From assembly GCA_024763595.1 (NCBI GenBank), contig JANTFK010000001.1, positions 1 through 30,458 of the forward strand: DNA of 30,458 nucleotides. The letters run 5' to 3'. Position 1 is the stretch's first letter; every line of letters starts with the position of its first letter. This document shows positions 25,028 through 30,458 of this stretch, one piece after another. Position numbers and translations under genes: made by a program. This DNA comes from Bacteroidales bacterium. GTDB taxonomy: Bacteria > Bacteroidota > Bacteroidia > Bacteroidales > GCA-2748055. The notes under the pieces are model-generated. The model did not search any database. It worked only from the letters and a program-made list of their open reading frames with translations, and had not been told where the DNA came from.

Positions 25028-27985
25028 ATGGCTGAAAGAAAGGCAACAAGGTTAAGTAAGGCTGCCAGGGAGTTCAATGTGGGGATTACTACCATCGTCG
25101 AATTCCTGAGCAAGAAGGGCTTTGAAATTGATTCCAACCCCAATACAAAGATGGCACCGGAACTGTATGATCTCCTGCTGGAGGAATACAGCACCGATCT
25201 CAACGTAAAGAAGGAGTCAGAAAAGCTTACCCTGAAAAACCTCAGGGAAAGACAAGAGTCCCTTACCCTGGAAGACATCCCTGCAACGACAGATCATGAG
25301 AACGGGGAAGAGTTGCTAATTACTGACCATACAGCAGCGGCAGAAAAAGCTGTACCCGACATTGAAAAACCCGCTCCTGTCGATGAAAAAGAAGAAGCTT
25401 CCCAGGGGACCGGGCCGGCTGCCCGGAAATCCAAAGCGGTGAAGGAGAAAGAGGCAGATACAGTGTCATCTGCTCCCAAAAAGGAGACTCCGGCAGCCAA
25501 AAAGGAGAAAAAGGAGGATGCCAAACAGGAAGTTGACGGCGGTGACAACGGGCCAAAGGTGGTTGGAAAGATCGACCTGGATTCCGTAAACCAGCGGACG
25601 CGTCCGTCTAAGACCAGGAAAGCGAAAACCGGTGGCAAAAAGAAGCCTGAGGCAGCGGAGGAAGCAGCCGTTGCACCTGAAGTGACCAAAGTACCGGAAG
25701 CAACACCTGCTGCGGAGGAGAAAGAAGAGCTTATAACCGGTGCAGAGGTTGCAGAAGTTGAGGAGAAAACCAGTGCGACTGCAGTCCCGAAGACAGAAGA
25801 GCAGGAAGCACAGAAAATACCTGAGGAACCGGAACTGATCCCGACACGGGTAGAGAAGTTGAGCGGTCCCACGGTTGTGGGAAAGATTGATCTTCCGGAG
25901 AAGAAGGAGACCAGGAAAAAGCCGGTTGCTTCAAGCAAGGACAATGATCTGCACCTGGATCAGAAAAAGAAAAGAAAACGTATCAGGAAGGAGGCCGGTC
26001 CGGTCGATATTGGAAAGAATAAGGCAGGAGCCCAAAGGGAAAAAGGAGGTAAGAAACGGAAAAGGGTTTCCAGGCCCGAAGTCAACGAAGAGGATGTTCA
26101 AAAGCAGATCAAGGATACACTGGCCAAACTGACGAGCAAGGGTACCAAGTCAAAGGCATCTAAATACAGACGTGAAAAACGTGATGCGGTACAGGCAAAG
26201 TTGCAGGAGGAAAGCGATCAGCTTGCACAGCAATTGAATGTACTGCGGGTAACCGAGTTTGTTTCTGTGAATGAACTGGCCACCATGATGAATGTGCCCG
26301 CCAATGAAGTGATACAGACCTGTATGAACCTGGGACTGCTGGTTTCCATCAATCAAAGGCTGGATGCGGAGACCATGGCCCTGGTAGCAGATGAATTTGA
26401 CTTCAAGGTGGAATTTGTGAGTGTGGATGTGGTGGAATCCATCAGGGATGAAGAAGATGATCCCGAGGATCTTCAACCCAGGCCTCCCATTGTTACAGTG
26501 ATGGGTCATGTAGACCACGGGAAGACAAAATTACTTGATGTAATCCGGCATGCCAATGTGGTTGCGGGAGAAGCAGGAGGTATTACCCAGCACATCGGGG
26601 CCTATAGCGTGAAACTGGAAGACGGGCGCAGGATTACTTTCCTGGACACCCCCGGTCATGAAGCATTTACGGCCATGCGTGCGCGGGGGGCTCAAATAAC
26701 CGATGTGGCTGTAGTTGTAGTTGCAGCCGATGACGGTGTAAAACCACAGACAGTTGAGGCCATTAACCATGCAGCAGCAGCTGGCGTTCCCATTGTTTTT
26801 GCCATAAATAAGATCGATTTGCCGGCTGCCAATCCCGAAAAGATCAAGGAAGAGCTGGCCAATATGAATTATATGGTGGAGGACTGGGGAGGTAAATACC
26901 AGTCGCAGGAGATTTCAGCCAAGGGCAATGTGAATATTGAGGAGCTTCTTGAAAAAGTGTTGCTAGAGGCCGAATTGCTTGAACTCAAGGCCAATCCTGA
27001 TAAACCGGCCCGCGGAACCATCATTGAGTCCACACTTGACAGGGGAAGGGGCAATATTGCTACGATCCTGGTGGAGTCGGGTACGTTGCAGGTAGGTGAT
27101 GTGGTACTGGCCGGACAATATTTTGGTCATGTTAAGGCCATGTACAATGAAAGGGGAAAAAAGATCCGGGAAGCGGGTCCTTCCACTCCGGCACTGATCC
27201 TGGGCCTGAATGGTGCTCCGCAGGCAGGTGAGAGTTTTAATGTTATGGAAACGGACAAAGAGGCCAAAGAAATTGCCAATAAGCGGGAACAGTTACAGCG
27301 CGAGCAGGAATTACGTACCACCAAACACATTACTCTGGATGAGATCGGGAGAAGGATTGCTATTGGAAACTTCCAGGAACTGAACGTGATCGTTAAGGGA
27401 GATGTGGACGGTTCCATTGAAGCACTTTCAGATGCATTGATCAAGCTTAGTACAGATGAGATTCAGGTAAACATCAAGCATAAGGCTGTCGGACAGATTT
27501 CCGAGTCGGATATCATGCTGGCAGCAGCCTCCAATGCAATTGTGATCGGTTTTCAGGTGAGACCGTCCCTGAATGCCAGGAAGCTGGCCGAGAAGGAGCA
27601 GATAGACATCCGCCTCTATTCCATCATTTATGATGCCATTGAAGAGATAAAAGCCGCCATGGAAGGTATGCTTACACCTGAGATCAAGGAGGAGATACTG
27701 GGGACACTGGAGGTTCTGGAGACCTTTAAAATAACAAGGGTGGGAACCATTGCCGGCTGTATCGTCCGGGAAGGCAAAATACGGCGTTCATCCAGGGTTC
27801 GGCTAATCCGGGACGGAATTGTCATATACAGTGGGGAGCTGGGTTCACTGAAGCGATTCAAAGATGATGTTAAAGAGGTGGTATCGGGGCTTGAATGCGG
27901 ACTGAACATTGAGAACTTCAATGATATCAAGGTAGGGGATATGGTGGAAGCCTACGAGGAAACAGAGATGAAAAAGACACTCTGA
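25028..27985 (+). CDS. infB: Translation initiation factor IF-2
   Basis: G-domain motifs [24 protein letters not shown] and NKID; long charged N-terminal region. Confidence 0.98.
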   Translation: MAERKATRLSKAAREFNVGITTIVEFLSKKGFEIDSNPNTKMAPELYDLLLEEYSTDLNVKKESEKLTLKNLRERQESLTLEDIPATTDHENGEELLITDHTAAAEKAVPDIEKPAPVDEKEEASQGTGPAARKSKAVKEKEADTVSSAPKKETPAAKKEKKEDAKQEVDGGDNGPKVVGKIDLDSVNQRTRPSKTRKAKTGGKKKPEAAEEAAVAPEVTKVPEATPAAEEKEELITGAEVAEVEEKTSATAVPKTEEQEAQKIPEEPELIPTRVEKLSGPTVVGKIDLPEKKETRKKPVASSKDNDLHLDQKKKRKRIRKEAGPVDIGKNKAGAQREKGGKKRKRVSRPEVNEEDVQKQIKDTLAKLTSKGTKSKASKYRREKRDAVQAKLQEESDQLAQQLNVLRVTEFVSVNELATMMNVPANEVIQTCMNLGLLVSINQRLDAETMALVADEFDFKVEFVSVDVVESIRDEEDDPEDLQPRPPIVTVMGHVDHGKTKLLDVIRHANVVAGEAGGITQHIGAYSVKLEDGRRITFLDTPGHEAFTAMRARGAQITDVAVVVVAADDGVKPQTVEAINHAAAAGVPIVFAINKIDLPAANPEKIKEELANMNYMVEDWGGKYQSQEISAKGNVNIEELLEKVLLEAELLELKANPDKPARGTIIESTLDRGRGNIATILVESGTLQVGDVVLAGQYFGHVKAMYNERGKKIREAGPSTPALILGLNGAPQAGESFNVMETDKEAKEIANKREQLQREQELRTTKHITLDEIGRRIAIGNFQELNVIVKGDVDGSIEALSDALIKLSTDEIQVNIKHKAVGQISESDIMLAAASNAIVIGFQVRPSLNARKLAEKEQIDIRLYSIIYDAIEEIKAAMEGMLTPEIKEEILGTLEVLETFKITRVGTIAGCIVREGKIRRSSRVRLIRDGIVIYSGELGSLKRFKDDVKEVVSGLECGLNIENFNDIKVGDMVEAYEETEMKKTL

Positions 27986-28031
27986 TCTTCTATTCCGAAA
28001 TTACTATCTTAGCATACCAAAATTGTTTGGT

Positions 28032-28613
28032 ATGTATGAGTTTATTGACGGGGAGTTTATCGAAAAAACACCTGCTCACGTAATTGTTAAAGCCGGCCCG
28101 CTGGCTTACCATATTCACATCTCACTGTTTACCTACAGTCAGATCAGCAAAATGACCGGTGGATTGCTCTATCTTCACTTTCTGGTCAGGGAAGATGCCC
28201 AGATTTTTTTTGGATTCAGCAGCAGGGAAGAGCGTGAGATCTTCAGGTTGCTGATCTCTGTTTCAGGGGTGGGTGCCAATACGGCCCGCCTCATACTTTC
28301 TTCCCTTTCGCCCGATGAAGTAATTCAATCCATACTGGCCGGGAATGTTGCTGTTTTACAGGGGATAAAAGGGATAGGCGCCAAATCGGCCCAGCGTATC
28401 ATTGTGGACCTGAAAGATAAAGTCGGGAAAGGAGCAGGAATTGATGAAATATTCATTTCCAAAGACAATACCAGCCGTGAAGAAGCGTTATCTGCTTTAG
28501 TGGCACTGGGATTTCAGAAAAAAACTGTTGAGAAGATCCTGACCCGAATTTTATCAGAGCAGCCCGAACTTTCTGTGGAAGAGGTAGTGAAGGCTGCCTT
28601 GAAGTTTATGTAG
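28032..28613 (+). CDS. ruvA: Holliday junction branch migration protein RuvA
   Basis: HhH motifs LISVSGVGANTA and IKGIGAKSAQRII, and EEALSALVALGF. ATG 28032 is preferred over TTG 28023. Confidence 0.96.
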   Translation: MYEFIDGEFIEKTPAHVIVKAGPLAYHIHISLFTYSQISKMTGGLLYLHFLVREDAQIFFGFSSREEREIFRLLISVSGVGANTARLILSSLSPDEVIQSILAGNVAVLQGIKGIGAKSAQRIIVDLKDKVGKGAGIDEIFISKDNTSREEALSALVALGFQKKTVEKILTRILSEQPELSVEEVVKAALKFM

Positions 28614-30458
28614 TGAACCATTGGTATAACCACATATCCCTGATTGTCATAGGTTTTCTGCTGGCATTAGGCGCCAATGCCCAGGATTCAACATTGCATT
28701 ACCCCTTTTCCGACAGGGGGAAATACCCCTTTTCAACATCGGGATTCAACTCCCCTCTTTATCTGAAGAATCCGTCCAATGTCCAGTCAAAGATTGTATA
28801 TGACCCGTCTACAGGGAAATATATATTGTCTGAAACCATTGGAAGCTGGAACTACAGAAATCCCACCATGATGACCATGGATGAGTACCAGCAGTATGAA
28901 TTCCGTCAACAGGTAAGGGATTACTGGCGGATGAAAGCCAATGGTGCTTCACTTGAACAGCAGCTCTCATTTATTCCGCCCATACAGGTGGGAGGAGAGG
29001 CATTTGACAAATTGTTCGGGTCCAACGTGATTAATATTGTCCCGTCGGGAAGCGCAGAGCTGATCTTTGGATTCAACCTGTCTAAACAGGATAATCCCAA
29101 TATCAGTGAACGGCTCAGGAGTGTCCCCTCTTTTACGTTTGATGAGAAGATCATCATGAATGTGGCCGGCTCCATCGGGGATAAGATGGCCATGGATATC
29201 AGCTATAATACGGAGGCTACATTTGACTTTGAGAACCAGACCAAACTGGAATACTCCGGAAAAGAGGATGAGATCATCAAAAAGATCGAAGCGGGTAATG
29301 TGAACCTGCCACTACCCGGGTCCCTGATCAGCGGGAGCCAGAGTCTTTTCGGGCTGAAAACCGAACTGCAGTTTGGAAAGTTGCGTGTAACCAGTGTCTT
29401 TTCCCAGCAACGTGGAGAATCTTCTGTAATCAATGTGCAGGGAGGGGCACAGCTAAGTGAGTATTCCGTTACGGTAGATGAATACGATGCCAATAAACAC
29501 TATTTTTTATCGGAGTATTTCCGGGATAACTACAACAGGGCCCTCTCCCGTTTACCCATCATTACCTCGGACGTGTCCATCACAAAGATCGAAGTGTGGG
29601 TAACCAACAAAACCATCAATTTCGAAAACTCAAGGAATATTATTGCTGTCAATGACCTGGGGGAGGCGAATCCCAGGGCCAATCTCTTTTCACGCGACCC
29701 GGCACAGGCTGGCGATTATCCGAGAAATGTCATTAATGATGCCTACAAACAGCTTACCGGTACTTATGCTTCCATCCGGGATATCAAAAATGCCACCGGG
29801 GATCTGGAGGATGCGGGGCTGGTACTGGGAGTCGATTTCGAAAAGGTGGAGAATGCCCGGTTGCTCTCACCCAGGGAGTATACTTTCAATGACAAACTGG
29901 GATATATCTCCCTGAACACGGCGCTTAACACGGATGAGATCCTGGCCGTGGCTTATGAATATACCTACCGTGGCCAGACCTTCCAGGTGGGGGAACTCTC
30001 CCAGTCCAGCGGTATCAGTGCTCCGTCGTCGCTCATTCTAAAATTGATAAAGCCTACCAATTTTACCCCTCACAGCTATACCTGGGACCTGATGATGAAA
30101 AACGTATATGCACTGGGGGCATACCAGGTGGGGCAGGAAGAATTTACACTGGATGTACTTTACCGTGACGATAAGACCGGGAATGCTGTTAACTACCTGC
30201 CAGATGGTAATTTGAACAAAACCATCCTGATCAGGCTCCTGAACCTGGATAACATGAACTCCCAGCGGGATCCCTATCCGGACGGTATATTCGACTTTTT
30301 GAGCGGGGTGACCATCAATCCTGCCAACGGCAGGGTATTCTTTCCCCTGCTGGAGCCTTTCGGGTCTGATCTTGAAAAGATATTGCGGGACAGCCTGGAT
30401 GGGGACGTGGCGGAGCAGGCAGTGGAGAAATATGTCTTCAGGGAGTTGTATGACTCCA
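28613..30458 (+). CDS. sprA: Type IX secretion system translocon SprA (Sov); 3' end runs off the window
   Basis: Missing from the ORF track because it is truncated. The GTG at 28613 overlaps the ruvA stop. Hand translation gives a signal peptide (NHWYNHISLIVIGFLLALGANAQ), LYLKNPSNV...YDPSTGKY, and SYNTEATFDFENQTKLEYSGKEDEIIKKIEAGNVNLPL...SQSLFGLKTELQFGKL. The ruvA-sprA linkage is typical of the phylum. Confidence 0.93.
   Translation, partial: MNHWYNHISLIVIGFLLALGANAQDSTLHYPFSDRGKYPFSTSGFNSPLYLKNPSNVQSKIVYDPSTGKYILSETIGSWNYRNPTMMTMDEYQQYEFRQQVRDYWRMKANGASLEQQLSFIPPIQVGGEAFDKLFGSNVINIVPSGSAELIFGFNLSKQDNPNISERLRSVPSFTFDEKIIMNVAGSIGDKMAMDISYNTEATFDFENQTKLEYSGKEDEIIKKIEAGNVNLPLPGSLISGSQSLFGLKTELQFGKLRVTSVFSQQRGESSVINVQGGAQLSEYSVTVDEYDANKHYFLSEYFRDNYNRALSRLPIITSDVSITKIEVWVTNKTINFENSRNIIAVNDLGEANPRANLFSRDPAQAGDYPRNVINDAYKQLTGTYASIRDIKNATGDLEDAGLVLGVDFEKVENARLLSPREYTFNDKLGYISLNTALNTDEILAVAYEYTYRGQTFQVGELSQSSGISAPSSLILKLIKPTNFTPHSYTWDLMMKNVYALGAYQVGQEEFTLDVLYRDDKTGNAVNYLPDGNLNKTILIRLLNLDNMNSQRDPYPDGIFDFLSGVTINPANGRVFFPLLEPFGSDLEKILRDSLDGDVAEQAVEKYVFRELYDS

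Noticed and set aside
25548-25896. Duplicated GP(K/T)VVGKIDL motif and long low-complexity stretch in the IF-2 N-terminus
   Set aside because: A variable charged N-terminal region with this repeated motif is usual for Bacteroidota IF-2.

Overview
This 30.5-kb window is chromosomal DNA from a Bacteroidota bacterium, most likely Bacteroidales. The evidence is the bifunctional lpxC-fabZ, the T9SS gene sprA, a GSCFA protein, an AraC-type hybrid two-component system and TAnnTTTG promoter elements. The right two-thirds (10.9-30.5 kb) is ordinary core genome: queG, sufBCDSE plus a DUF59/SufT gene, thiL, HD-lpxD-lpxC/fabZ-lpxA, rimP-nusA-infB, ruvA and a truncated sprA. The left third is accessory: two outer-membrane beta-barrels, GSCFA, YdeI/OmdA plus a nitrilase-family enzyme, a large secreted unknown, a vapBC toxin-antitoxin pair, a lipoprotein and a membrane-anchored hybrid kinase. 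The most interesting structure, which the ORF track does not show, is three co-oriented copies of the 5' end of yjbQ (6314-6424, 7093-7224 and the intact gene at 10472). The two partial copies break at the same codon, inside a 12-bp near-palindrome, and differ from each other mainly at synonymous sites. They delimit two accessory segments: vapBC (about 0.8 kb) and lipoprotein plus hybrid kinase (about 3.4 kb). This pattern fits serial site-specific integration into yjbQ with replacement of its 5' end, but no integrase is present in the window. No rRNA, tRNA, CRISPR array, IS or transposase was recognised. All product calls come from motif recognition; no database searches were run.
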